Source: Paraspadella gotoi
Lineage: Eukaryota; Animalia; Chaetognatha
NCBI GenBank assembly: GCA_051294375.1
Contig: CM119271.1
Location: 15,878,770 to 15,942,769, forward strand
Reading direction: 5' to 3'
Length of the DNA stretch: 64,000 nt
Shown piece by piece: positions 14,228 through 45,150 of this stretch. How positions within the stretch are numbered: the stretch's first letter is position 1; every line of letters begins with the position of its first letter. The notes below the pieces were generated by a model. The model had not been told where the DNA came from, did no database searches, and worked only from the letters and a program-made list of their open reading frames with translations. The translations under genes and the position numbers were made by a program.

Positions 14228-17200
14228 TTTTCGACTACAGAGACGCGTTTTACAAAGTCTCTTGCGTTCGTCGCTTTTTTACGCGTTCAAATCTTTCTCC
14301 TTTTCTTTTTTTTTTTTTTTTTTTTGACGGGCCTGGGCCAAATTAAGCGAGTCGGCAAATTAATAGAAAATTATTTTTTTTTAAGTTTATTATTATAATT
14401 ATTGTAATCATAATCTTGTATTTCAATGAGAAGTTCGAGTTTCCGCGAGTTGGCAAAATTTATTTATTGTTTGAATTTTAGTTATTGCTCTTTGGTCCGG
14501 AATCGTAATTAGTTAATGTTATTTACATTTTGAGAAAAAAAAGCAGCATTAAAAGTAGATTTAATTTTCTCCAGTCTAAACAATTTTTTTTTCTTTTTTG
14601 TGAACAAAGTTTTTTTCCTTTTTGCTTCTTTCAAAAAAAAAACAAAACAAAACAAAAAAAAACCAAATTATAATTAAGATACCAAAACCTGGATTATTTT
14701 CTTCTCGACCAGAAATCTCTCTTTTCAACTTTCATCAAATCATTTCAACTTCAAAGTCTTGCGTTTTCTTACAATGTAAGTTACATGGTGACGATTTTAA
14801 ACCCGCCGCTAGAAAAACATTGTAATTTGCAAACCAGTATGTATTTCATTGATTTTAAAAATAAGTTGAATTTTTAAATTTAATTTGTTTTAATTTTAAA
14901 TATTTTTTAAAAGGGTATTAATTTAAATATTATCAATATTAATATTTTCTGAAAGCCTTTAAAAATGATATGTTTACGAAAGCGAGTTTATAATTGTCAC
15001 CATGTATTTCGGTCCCCGATTTTTTTTTTAACAATTTTTTTCTCAACAATTTTTTTCTCAAACAGTATTTTTTTTTTAACTTAAAAATATATTTTTGAAT
15101 AAAAAAGGATTGAAAGGCGAGATTGATCCTCTTTCTCTCCGACCTCATTCCTCAGTTTTCACTTTTTTCCCCCATCTCCCCTTTTTTTCTTCATCTGGTC
15201 GACGGGGCGCTTCGGTCGCGCCCCCCTCCTTATTCGCTCCTATTCTTTTTCGACTCCTTTACGTTCGGTCACTTCCTTTCTCTCGTGACTGTCTCTCTCG
15301 CATTTTGTCTGTCACACGTCTCTGTATCTCTCTCTCTCTCCCCGCTACACCTTTCGCCATTTCGTCTCCTATTTTCCACCACGGTTCCCTCCCATCTCCT
15401 TCCTCTCCCCCCATTTCCAATCTCCCCCCCCCCGCGTGTTTTACTCGAAGACGATATTTTATTTGGTACAAGTTGCGGAGGCACAAACATTGGTTCCCTG
15501 TTTTTTTTTTTTGCTCCGTCGTAGCCGCAACCAAAGGAAAGGAAAAATAAAGGGGAAGGAAATAAATAAAAAGAGAAAAAGGGAAAAAAAAAGATATGAA
15601 TTCCCGTATATCGAGCGCGGAGCGAATTTAGAGATGGTGCCTTCATGATGTGTGCAAAATATCAACTTCGCTTTTTCTTTATCTCCGAATGAATTTTGAT
15701 GTCACGAATCCCCCGAACCACAAATCTCTCTGCCACACGATTATTAAAGGAGGCTCGGCTAATTATTAAGGGGTGATCCCAAAAAAGTCGTCAGAAAATT
15801 GTCTTTGACTCTTCCCCCCCAAAAAAGTTTTTTTTTTAAATTGCGTTTAAAAAACAAAAAGCTTTTTTTCGACCACCTCTTACGCTTATTTTTAAAAAAA
15901 AACATCACTGTTTTTTGGGTTAAGGTTCGGATTAACCCGAGAAATTCCCGTTGTTGACCAAATTATTTAACTTGAGAGAGAGGAAATTACGATTGGGTTA
16001 CTTAAAAAAAGACGAAATTCTTACCTCTCCATAAATATCCCTATTACGGAGTTGGGATTTTTTCTCGTTTTTTCTCGTTTTTGACATCGACCCAAATTTT
16101 TAAAATTTTTCTCTCTCTTTCTCTCTTTTTTTGTTCTTTCCTTTTCGCCTCCCTGCCTCCTTTTACCGACAGAAACGAATGTGCCATGATGTTTCTCTCT
16201 CTCTCTCCTTATACCTTCCGTTGAAATTTTAATTCAATGAATTGATTTATTTTTCTTCTTTTTTTTACTGATATTTACTGTTGTTAAGGTTTGACAGTTA
16301 TACTTAGCTGCTTGTGCAAAGTTGGCCGATTAGCTTTCCAAGCTATGTGAGCTCAAAAGAAGTTTTCTCATAAGGAACTCGTATGATATTACTTAAACTG
16401 TATCGTTGATTTTTTTTACTTTGGTCGTGTAATCATTGAATAAAAAATAAGTATTTAAGAATAAAAAACTGTAATCTCTAGTAATATCAGTTAACCTTCT
16501 GAGATATTATCTCCCCCCAAAAAAAGAGAAACCAAAGTATAAAAAAACCCAGAAAAGTCGTCGACCTGTTTGAAGTTTTTTTTCAATGACCAATATTCGA
16601 TCCTTAGCGCTGCATTAGTTTTTCTTTTTCGCTTTACTGTACTTGTCTAAACCCGCCTGCCGAAATGTAGATTAAAAAAAAAAAACACGCAATTCTTTTC
16701 CTTTTTTGGCCCAAAAAAAAACTCCAGACAAAACAATTGAACGCGAGTGGTTTCTCCTACACCATTGTTTTTTTTTCCTCTTTTTTTCCAAGAGGAGTTG
16801 TTTTTTTCTTGAAGTCGATTACCTATTGATAGCGTTTCTCCTTTCAAGCTCTCTCGATTCCTGGAAGAGAAATCATTTTCCATTACTCGAATTGTCTAGT
16901 TGTCCTTAGGTTAAGTAAATCAATTTTTTTGAGGTTGAAAAAGTTTGAAAAAGGTTTAGGGCGACGCTTGAAGAGAGAAACGCCCTCATTATCCATGTCA
17001 GAATCATTGATGCCGATATGAAATTCCTTTAACCCCCCCCCCCCGACTTCTACACTTTTTTTTTCTGTTTATGGTTAGTTTTTTGTTTGTTTTTTTCTTT
17101 TAGAAATATTTACAGTGGAAAAACATTTTATCATGTTTTTTATTCAGCATTTATCGATGCTTTATCATCATCTCGTATCAATTTTTTTTTTCTTAAGTCA

Positions 17201-17724
17201 GTTGGATAATGGACCGTCGTATTCTTTTTTTTTTTTTTTTGCTATCAATAATTAAAAAGGTCGTAATGTTGTAAATAATTAACATATACTTAAATACTTC
17301 GTAGAGTGCAGTTTAAGTTTTTTTTCATATAATCCAAGTTTCTTTTTTTGGCAGACAAATTCACCAATTTCAAGCCAAATTATCTTTACCTTAATTAAAA
17401 CTCATCGCCGTAGATTTATAGCCAATCAAGTTCGTAGATTTTGTGTTTCCTTATTAGCGATTGGTGTTTTTGTATATATAAGGTCAGATAATCCGTTATC
17501 TTTTTCCTATCGCTAAATGCTGAAAAAATAATAAATATTACTCGGGTGATGCTCGTGACGAACATCACTCAAAAAAAAAATACCTTTAAGATAAATCCAC
17601 TAGCCCAAAAAAAAAAAGAAGTAATAATGATAATAATAATATGGTTTCTTAATTTTCAATTACCTAACTTCCCGCAGCAAATAAACTTTAAAAGAGAGAA
17701 ACAGAAACCCGCTTGATCTTCGCG

Positions 17725-19370
17725 ATGGCGGGAAACTTTTGGCACAGCTCCCACTACAACCAGTGGCTGCTGAATCGGCAAGACTTGTACCGCGAGCGAA
17801 AGGCAGATCTGGAGCTCTTGGGAGAAGAGGATTATCAAAAGATCACCGTCTTCTTCGCCAATCTCATTCAAGCTTTGGGCGAACAGCTCAAGGTCAGACA
17901 ACAGGTCATCGCTACCGCAACCGTCTTCTTCAAGAGATTCTACGCCAGGAATTCCCTGCAGAGCATCGATCCTCTTTTGATGGCACCCACAGCCGGTGAG
18001 TTCTCACCACAATCCCGCGTACAATAATCCTACCCTCCACCATCTCCTCGCCCACTTTCCAGTCTTTCTCGCCTCTAAAGTGGAAGAGTTCGGGGTGATC
18101 TCCAACTCGCGTCTCATCTCCACTTGTCAAACCGTCATCAAGAACAAATACTCGATGCCCTACAAAAACGCCGAGTTTCCCTTCAGAATCCAAAACGTGT
18201 TGGAGTGCGAGTTCCATCTCTTGGAGACGATGGACTGCTGCCTCATCTTGTACCATCCATACAGGCCTTTGTTGCAGGTGAACGGAGGAAACGGTTCCGG
18301 GTCTTGTAACCTTGATACCGTTGCCAATATTTTTCGATCCCATTTTGGGAGTTAATTCTTGGTCAGATAATCTTAATTGGCTTCAGCATTTTAGCCTATT
18401 TGCTTAATTATTAAAGAAATAAGGTCACAGCCGGGTTGCTTACGGATGCACACTTGGGTTGAGCATTTCATCCGATGGCGTTGAGGTCTTTGACTCTCAG
18501 TCTTTGACTCTCAGTCTTTGACTCTCGGTTGTGCTAGTCCCGTCTCGCTTTGTCAAATCACCTGGAAATTGTTACTGTGGACAAAATCAATGGGAACATA
18601 CCGCCTCAAAAATCATTATTATATTAGTATTATTATGAAAAATTGCAAGATTACTTGTTTTACTAAATTAGACTTTCAAATTTTATATTCAAATTTTATA
18701 ATAAATGTGTGAAATCCTTTGGGTTGTGTTGCGTAATGAGAAAGAGTTTGAAATAGTTCTACAACGATTTATTTTTAACAGTGAACATGTTTCGACTTTG
18801 ATTCAAGTCTTCATCAGCACTTTCTAAAATAAATGTCTATATTATAATTTATTATAGACTCTATAATTTTGATCGGTGAACCTTTTCCTTGTCAGTACGT
18901 TGCGGACGCGACTCACGAGGAAAAGACTGAAGACAACAACAAGATTCTCTCTCTGGCCTGGAAGGTGATCAACGACAGCCTTCGCACCGACGTCCCTCTC
19001 CTTTACCCTCCTTACCAAATCGCCCTCGCCGCCCTCCACGTCGCCCTCGTCTTTCAGGGTGATGATGATGATGATGATGATGATGATGACGAATAATGTT
19101 GCTGATGATTGATGATGATAATATCATTCTCTCCCTTCAGGCAAAGAGTCCCGCTGGTGCCAGTGGTTCTCTGAACTCAACGTGGACATGGAGAAAATCC
19201 TCGAGATCACGAAGCAGATGATGAATCTCTACGAGTTGCTCAAGACTTACGACGAGAAGAGCGACATGCCCGCCATCTTGGATCGAATGCCCAAGCCTAA
19301 GACTTCGCCCTCGCGCCCGCCCTCTCAAGGGCCCGAGGCGGACAGAGACTCCAAGAACGGAGCGCATTGA
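17725..19370 (+). CDS. CCNC: Cyclin C, multi-exon
   Basis: MAGNFWHSSHYNQW...LKVRQQVIATATVFFKRFYARNS...FLASKVEEFG...LECEFHLLETMDCCLILYHPYRPL...WFSELNVDMEKILEI. Confidence 0.97.
18780..18821 (-). ncRNA. Minimal type I hammerhead ribozyme (Penelope-like-element type) in a cyclin C intron
   Basis: Minus strand reads AGTG-CTGATGA-AGAC ttgaatcaaa GTC-GAAA-CATG-TT-CACT: intact core, stem I AGTG/CACT, palindromic ACATGT stem III. Confidence 0.7.
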
Positions 19371-19751
19371 TTCTTATTTGCTTTTTCTTTACCTTCTTTA
19401 CTTAATTGAGGGATTATTGAAGGAAGGAATTAACGTCGGCCTACTATTTATTGTCAACGCTACTCACAGTGAGCGCGGACTCGACGACGACCACCAATAA
19501 ATCGGTTGGGGGGGGGGAAGATCTCGATGTAGATTCGAATTTTCGCGCCAGTTAAATATTTGTTTTACTATGAATTACTATAGAGTCGCGTTTTCTTATT
19601 GTTTTTTTTATATATATATTCCAATTTTGTTTTTAATTGTTAAGAAAACTTTAAATTGATCGTTGGATTCATTATGATTCCATCGTCGACGACGACGACG
19701 ACGACGACGACGAAGATTAATTTTGAGGAAAGAAATTGAAAAAGAAAGAAA

Positions 19752-38160
<18,409 letters not shown>

Positions 38161-38361
38161 TTGTAAATCTTTGTTGGGAAATTCCGAATTTACTTTGTCT
38201 CATGACTCGAAACTAATTCATTTCATTGTTATTACGATCGACACTCGGCGGCCTTTTATTTAAAAGCATTTTTTTTTGTTGTTGACAGTTTATTTTTTGG
38301 TTAGTTTTCTATTTTGTATATTTAACTATCAAAGAAGTAGTTTTAAACTTTAAAGAAAAAC

Positions 38362-40812
38362 ATGGAAGCTGCCAAAGAAAATTCCATAAAGAAGGAAGAC
38401 GCGCCGGTTGAACCGAAAGAAAACGGCGCCGCCGCGGCCGCGGCGGGAGATTCCAACGCCGCAGCAGCTGAAGAAGATTCGGCGCCCAAGTCGGAGGCCG
38501 CCTCCCCCGACGCCGCTGAGCCGGAGGAATCTAAAGAGAAAGAAAAGGACGCAGCCGTCGTCAAGTCCGAAGATTCGCCTCCGACTGATTTAGAGAAAAA
38601 AATCATTCGTCAGATCGAATATTATTTCGGCGACTTTAATTTGGCGAAAGACAAATTTTTGAAGGAGGAGATTAAAAAGGACGAAGGATGGATCGAGCTC
38701 GAGCGTGAGTCTTTTCGAGGGGGATTACCCAAATACTAATTTTATTATTTAACATTGATATAATTAATGATGTATCCTTTCAGTGATGCTCAAGTTCAAC
38801 CGTTTGGCGATTTTGACGAAAGACACAAACGTGATCGTTGCCGCCGTCGACAAATCTTCTTCGGGTCTTCTCGAGGTGAGTTCATACTTTGTTGTTGGAG
38901 CAATTGCAATCTTGTTTGCGGTCTCATGGTAAAGTTGTCCGTCTTCAGGTCGATGAAGACAAGAAGAAAATTCGTCGGTGTCCCGAGAAGAAACTTCCGG
39001 AGATAAACTCGGAGTGGAAATCCGACGTTCAGAACAGGTCCTCGCCTCTTAGTATCTATAGTTTAAGACTTAATGATTTTTTGATACTAACTTGTATTTT
39101 ATTTGCCACAGAACCCTTTACATGAAGGGATTCCCGGCGGAAACGTTGCTGGACGACATCATCGCCTTCGTTGATCAAATTTGTCAGTCGGAAAATGTCG
39201 TCATGAGGAGATACAAAACTACTTTTAAGGTTGGGCTCTTGGGGGGGGGGGAATGCCCGACTTGGCCGATATTTTAATTCGTTTCTGCTTCTTTTGATCG
39301 TCGTCGTCGTCGTCGTCGCCACGCTGTTTTAACATTGAAAATAGCTTAAGTGTGTAACCATAGGAAGCTCCAAAAATTTAGATATAGTTTCTAATCAGCA
39401 AGATATTTTAAATTAACATGTTTCATATTCTTGCACTCATTTGTTTGTTTTATTTACAAAACAATTTTTATATATATAGACGAGTTCAGCTGTCCAGCTC
39501 TCTCTCTTTCTCTTTTAAATATATGTCGCTCTCTCCGTAATTATATTATTATAATCATCATCTCTCACTCATAATCATATACGTATTTGTTTGTTTTATT
39601 TACGATGAATGACTAATTGACTATCATCGCGTCAATGAATGACTATCATCGCGTCAATAAATCATAATAACGTCTGGGGAGATCACTATACTTTTAAGAT
39701 TTGTTTTGAGTGGGGCGGGATGCATGGGGCATATGCGTTTAGGATATTTTAGTTAGCTATGTTGTTAATCGAGGGGATGGGCAAAAATTAAAATGGGACT
39801 GAGAAAATAAGAATGAACAAAAATACAATTTACTTTTCCCATTGATTTTTTTTCTTCTTTTTTTCCTTTTTTCTTCTCTTTTCTTCTTTTATCTTTCGTT
39901 TATTTTCTTTCCTTTTTCTCTCTTTCCAGGGATCCATATTCGTGACCTACAGGTCAGTCGAAGACGCCAAAAAAGTTTCTCTTGAATTTTCGGACAAAAA
40001 ATTTCGCGACGAAGACGACGCTTCTCTCATCGTCAAGTTTCAAAAGGATTACTTCGTAAGAAAATTCTATATATATTTTCTCTTCCTTTATTTAACAATT
40101 GAAAGAAATAGCTTTTCCCTCCCCCGCTCTCGTCTCCAGGAGTTCAAGAAGGCGGAGAAGAAGAACGCCAAAGCGGGAAGGAGGGAAGAGGCGGAGAAGA
40201 AAGAGGCGGAGGCGAAGGAGTCGACGCACGAGAAAGGCGCCGTCTTGAAGATTGAGAATCTTGACGTGGATTCCTTCGACAGGGAAGACATCAAGAGCGC
40301 CTTTGAAGGTTCCTTTTTAAGATTGTTAGGTTTATTAATTACTAGTTTATTATTGATTGATATTTAATGAAAATTACATCCTCGAACAGGCGCGTCGACG
40401 ACGGTGGCATGGGTCTCATTCCAAAAGGGCGACAAGGTCGCCAAAGTTCGGTTCGACGGCGACGGATCTGCGGTCAAAACCATCGAAGAGTTTAAAGGGA
40501 AACTCAAGATCAAGGATAAGGTAAAGAAAAAAAAAAATTTAACAATAATAGAATTAGAAAGCATTAAATTATTGATTAATATTTTAATTAATTTATTCAT
40601 TTCGCCAGGAGAGTTTCGACCTTACACTCCTCGAGGGCGAAGAGGAAGAAAAATATTGGGAAGAATATCTGCAGGACAGACGCAGCAAGGCCAGCAGAGG
40701 GCGCGGCAGGGGACGCGGCCGAGGCGGCGGTGGGCGTGGCGGAAAGAGAAACTTCGGGAATCGCGGAGAAGCCGACGGCGACGAACCTCGCTCTAAAAAA
40801 GTCAAGAGCTGA
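38362..40812 (+). CDS. SSB: La autoantigen (La motif + RRM1 + RRM2), multi-exon
   Basis: [28 protein letters not shown]...MLKFNRL; RTLYMKGFP; FKGSIFVTY; C-terminal [12 protein letters not shown] and RGG/NLS. Confidence 0.93.
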
Positions 40813-41182
40813 GAAGCGAAAAGCGTCGACGCTTCCCTCAACTTTTTTCTCCTCTTCTCATTGAAAACAATTTTTTTGAAACTTTAGGACGCGATGCGAT
40901 TTTGGGCGTGGAGACAAATTTCTCTCTTCTTCCTTACGAAAGTTTAGTTTTGTAAACAGATGAACAATCAATTATATATATACATTCATTCGCTCTTTGT
41001 TTTCGAAAAAGTTGACGCCGAATAGTTTTCGTCGTTTCTCTCGATTTGTTTTGTTGTTTCGTTTTTCGAGTCGAAATCGTTTCACTTTCTTTTTCCAGTT
41101 TTTTTGAGGCGAAATAAAAATTCCGCTTCATGCGATAATAAGGAAGCAACAAACTTTGGTCTTTCTCTTTATTTTTATTTAA

Positions 41183-41617
<435 letters not shown>

Positions 41618-41699
41618 AGACTTCCGACGCCGAATGGAATTTTCTTTTTGGCCAAATTCGTGGTTGAAAGGGACTCTTTATCTCAATCGTCTCTTTGCG

Positions 41700-41762
<63 letters not shown>

Positions 41763-42106
41763 TCTGTGTTTTTTTTATTACTTTATTATTTAAAACTGGT
41801 ATCGATTTGACGTCGTTAACCAATTACTTTTTTATGTCTCCTAAGGATATTTTTAGATCTTAATTCGGACTATTAGTGATAAAGGAAGAGACTCGGATTC
41901 AAAGCTCTCGAATTTGGATGTTAAATGTTATTTCAAAGCTGAATTTCTCGATATATGACATTTTTCAGACAACGATATAAACGAGAAGAAATTTTTTTTT
42001 ATTTGTACAAACTGTTTTTTTGTTGTTTTTTTTTTAAATGTGGGTTTAATTATAATTTCATTTTCGAACACAATTTTTTTTTTATCTTCGCAGTCAGAAG
42101 ATTAAA

Positions 42107-43717
42107 ATGGTGAGGATGAACCCGGATGTAATTCCTTCTCTCGAAACGAACAATGGACTCGAAAACGATACTACCGTCGACTCCTCCGCCGACCCCACGG
42201 CTCCAATCGCTCGCTCCTCAATGGACAGACAGGTGAAGACGTCACGTTTTTTGTGACAGGTCGTGTCTCCTCTCTTACCCAGCACCCCAACCCCACCCCT
42301 CCCTTGTTCACCTCCAACTCTCCAGTCGAGCTGCCCCCAATCCCCTTCTCGCGACTTCGGCCCCAACGTGAAGATCCTCAAGTCGAACGGCAACATCCGG
42401 GATATGCAAACCGTCCTCAGGGACAGGTCCACCACCATGGGCGACTTTAAATTCTACGCCGACCGGCTCATCCGCCTCGTGGTCGAGGAAGGCCTCAATC
42501 AGCTACCCTACACCCCGTGCCAAGTCACCACCCCTACCGGCCACTCCTATGAGGGGCTGGAGTACAAACACGGCAACTGCGGGGTCAGCATCATGAGGTC
42601 CGGCGAGGCCATGGAACAGGTCGGGCCTCTTTTTTTTCTTCATTTTTTGGTTGGGTCAATTTTTTTTTTCAACCTTTTAATCTTTAACTTTTTTTTCTAT
42701 TTCTTAGTCTCTTATTATTTTTATTTATTTTTTTTCCTCTTTATTCTGTTTTATATAAAAGTTATCCATTCATTCAATAAAAAAGCTATCTTGCCCCTGA
42801 CTTTGGACATGATATGGTGGACCACAATTGGTTTAAGGATTTCATCACACTTAAGAGATAATAACATAGCCGGAGCCTTGTAAGCTTTCAATCAAGACTC
42901 TCACGGTCTCGTTTATTCACTACCAGAGTACCTGGCTTCCCCTTCATTTCTTTTTTCCCACTTTTCTATTCCACCTCAGGGTCTACGCGACGTTTGTCGT
43001 TCGATTCGCATCGGGAAAATCTTGATCCAAACTCAAGAAGAAACCGAAGAACCCAAAGTCTTTTACGCCAAATTCCCTCCCGACGTCGCTAAGCGACGGG
43101 TCCTTCTCATGTATCCCATCATGAGCACGGGTAAGTCAAATAGTTGACCCTTTTTACTTTTCTCTAAAGTTGACGAAAAGTCAAATCACGAGGGTAAGTT
43201 GACAATAATTTTATTAACGAAGGACAATGATGAAGGCGATGACAAAAGTAATGACGATACAATGACAAAGGTTTACGACAAAGGTGATGATAAATATTTC
43301 ATTATTCAATAATTATTTAAAGAAGGATTGTTTCTTGATGTTAGATCCCGTCGTACCCTTAGACTCACAATCGGTCTTTGGTCAGTCTAACGTCTTTGAA
43401 TCGTCGGCCTTCGGATGATTCGTAAAAGAGACTAGCGATGACATAACTAGGCCAACCATTTGTGGTCCATTCCGTTGATGCTACTTTTCTTTAAACTCGG
43501 CTCCTCCCTCCCTAAAGGTCAAACGGTGGCCAAGGCCGTCCGAGTTCTTCTCGATCACAAAATCCTCACGGAGAACATCATCCTCCTCAATCTTTTCGCA
43601 ACGCCTCACGGAGTCACGACGGTGACGAGAGAATTCCCCGATCTCAAGATCCTCACATCGGAAATTCATCCCGTGGCGCCGAATCACTTTGGCCAGAAAT
43701 ACTTTGGAACGGATTGA
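42107..43717 (+). CDS. UPRT: Uracil phosphoribosyltransferase homolog, multi-exon
   Basis: DFKFYADRLIRLVVEEGLNQLPY, GNCGVSIMRSGEAMEQGLR, VLLMYPIMSTG, HPVAPNHFGQKYFGTD*. Confidence 0.95.
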
Positions 43718-44184
43718 GTCATTTTTGTCAACGAGAATTCTTTATTTTCAAGATAAGATTTGATTCATTTGAAAAAAAAAATGGATCCATTCTTTTTCCT
43801 TTTTTTTTTTTCGTGCGTTGTGCCCATTGCCTTTAATCATTTGATTGTTTTGTAATGAACACTTTTTGAGTGGATTTGTTTATTTTGCTGAACTTAATAC
43901 AAGTTATATATGCGCAAGAATATATTTGGGTTTTTTGTTCGATCGCCCCGTCAACCATTTTTGAAAGTATTTGAAACGGTTGTGAATGATAATGTGATCT
44001 CTCGAATGTACGATCATTCGTTTTAGCGGAATTCACAATCTCAAAACTAATTTATAAGCGTGTGGCAGCAAGACTTAAAGCTGCCTCACTGCTGTCCGTC
44101 CTCAGCCTCGTCTCAATGGCTGAGCAGGCTAAATCATCTCATTCCATCCGTGCGTCCCGGGTTCAATCCCTGGGTATCCCGGTT

Positions 44185-44268
44185 CTGGCTTAAATGTGAC
44201 GGTGCGCGGTATATAAACATGCCAGTGACAGGAGGCGGTCACTGAGGGTCGCGCAGCCCCTACGCCAG
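44185..44268 (+). ncRNA. Twister ribozyme-like fold in LTR1
   Basis: Same architecture as the LTR2 copy, with small indels (L4 TCGCGCAGC); TAA at 44214-44216. Confidence 0.6.
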
Positions 44269-44666
44269 TTAGTGAGATACCCCGCGCCCCGGGTATCACA
44301 GGCTATCCCCCGTTGCCATAAGTGGTGAGCCCTACTATCGAACACGCAACCGCTGCGCACCGTGCGCCCACGCTTACGTCGCTTAGGGTATGCATATCAC
44401 GCCTATGCCCTACTTCTCTGGTAACGCTCCAGACTCGCTCGCTCGCTCGCCCGCTCGCTCTCACTATGGCAATGAGATCAAAACCTTCTCTCAGACATCT
44501 CCTCAGGATTGAGGCCCTGTGGAGAGGTCTGGTGGGGGATCCTGTGGCAGCAAGACTTAAAGCTGCCTCACTGCTGTCCGTCCTCAGCCTCGTCTCAATG
44601 GCTGAGCAGGCTAAATCATCTCATTCCATCCGTGCGTCCCGGGTTCAATCCCTGGTTATCCCGGTT

Positions 44667-44746
44667 CTGGCTTAAATGTGACGGTGCCGGTATAAACATG
44701 CCAGTGACAGGAGGCGGTCACTGAGGGTCCGCAGCCCCTACGCCAG
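44667..44746 (+). ncRNA. Twister ribozyme-like fold (type P5) in LTR2
   Basis: P5 CTGGC/GCCAG; P2 ATGT/ACAT; GA-CGG 44680-84; TAA 44693-95; GC; P3 CAGTGAC/GTCACTG; P4 AGGG/CCCT; L4 TCCGCAGC 44728-35. Confidence 0.78.
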
Positions 44747-45150
44747 TTAGTGAGATACCCCGCGCCCCGGGTATCACAGGCTATCCTCCCGTTGCCATAA
44801 GCGCCCCGTTTGGTGCGGTCCATTTTAGTAATTTGATATAGTTGATTCATGGATGCGTTAATACAGGGCGCACCCATTCCTTAAAAAAGAGTGGCACCGA
44901 TTGTTCGACCCCAATTTGTAAGCTGATCCCGGTGATCCCCAGTTCCCCGATCACCCTGTTCCCCGTCCCGAGCGGACTCCAGTTTTCTTTGCGTTTCTTT
45001 AATTTTTGTTTTAAATTCCGACATTTAGTAATTAGAGAGGAAAAAATGATAATTCACTCTCAACGGTTGCGCCTTTGAATCTGACCTCGTTTCTATCATC
45101 GATCCATCATACATAAGATATTGAAATATCATTTATCCATCATTATAACT

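Larger units (their letters stand above)
44061..44799 (+). mobile_element. TRIM (miniature LTR retrotransposon) with tRNA-like and twister-containing LTRs
   Basis: LTR1 44061-44320, LTR2 44543-44799 (TGTGGCA...TGCCATA); PBS TGGTGAGCCC at 44323; PPT ggtggggga before LTR2; TSD AGCG; A box TGGCTGAGCAGG 44117, B box GGTTCAATCCC 44160. Confidence 0.88.

Noticed and set aside
15095-15665. ORFs in the CT-rich region between hnRNP and cyclin C
   Set aside because: Low-complexity translations of pyrimidine tracts with no coherent splice structure.
18485-18530. (gtctttgactctca)x3 as a regulatory array
   Set aside because: Short local tandem duplication within an intronic repeat; no supporting context.
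44105-44180. Stand-alone tRNA genes here and at 46460-46525
   Set aside because: A/B boxes are present but there is no complete cloverleaf; they are parts of the LTRs.
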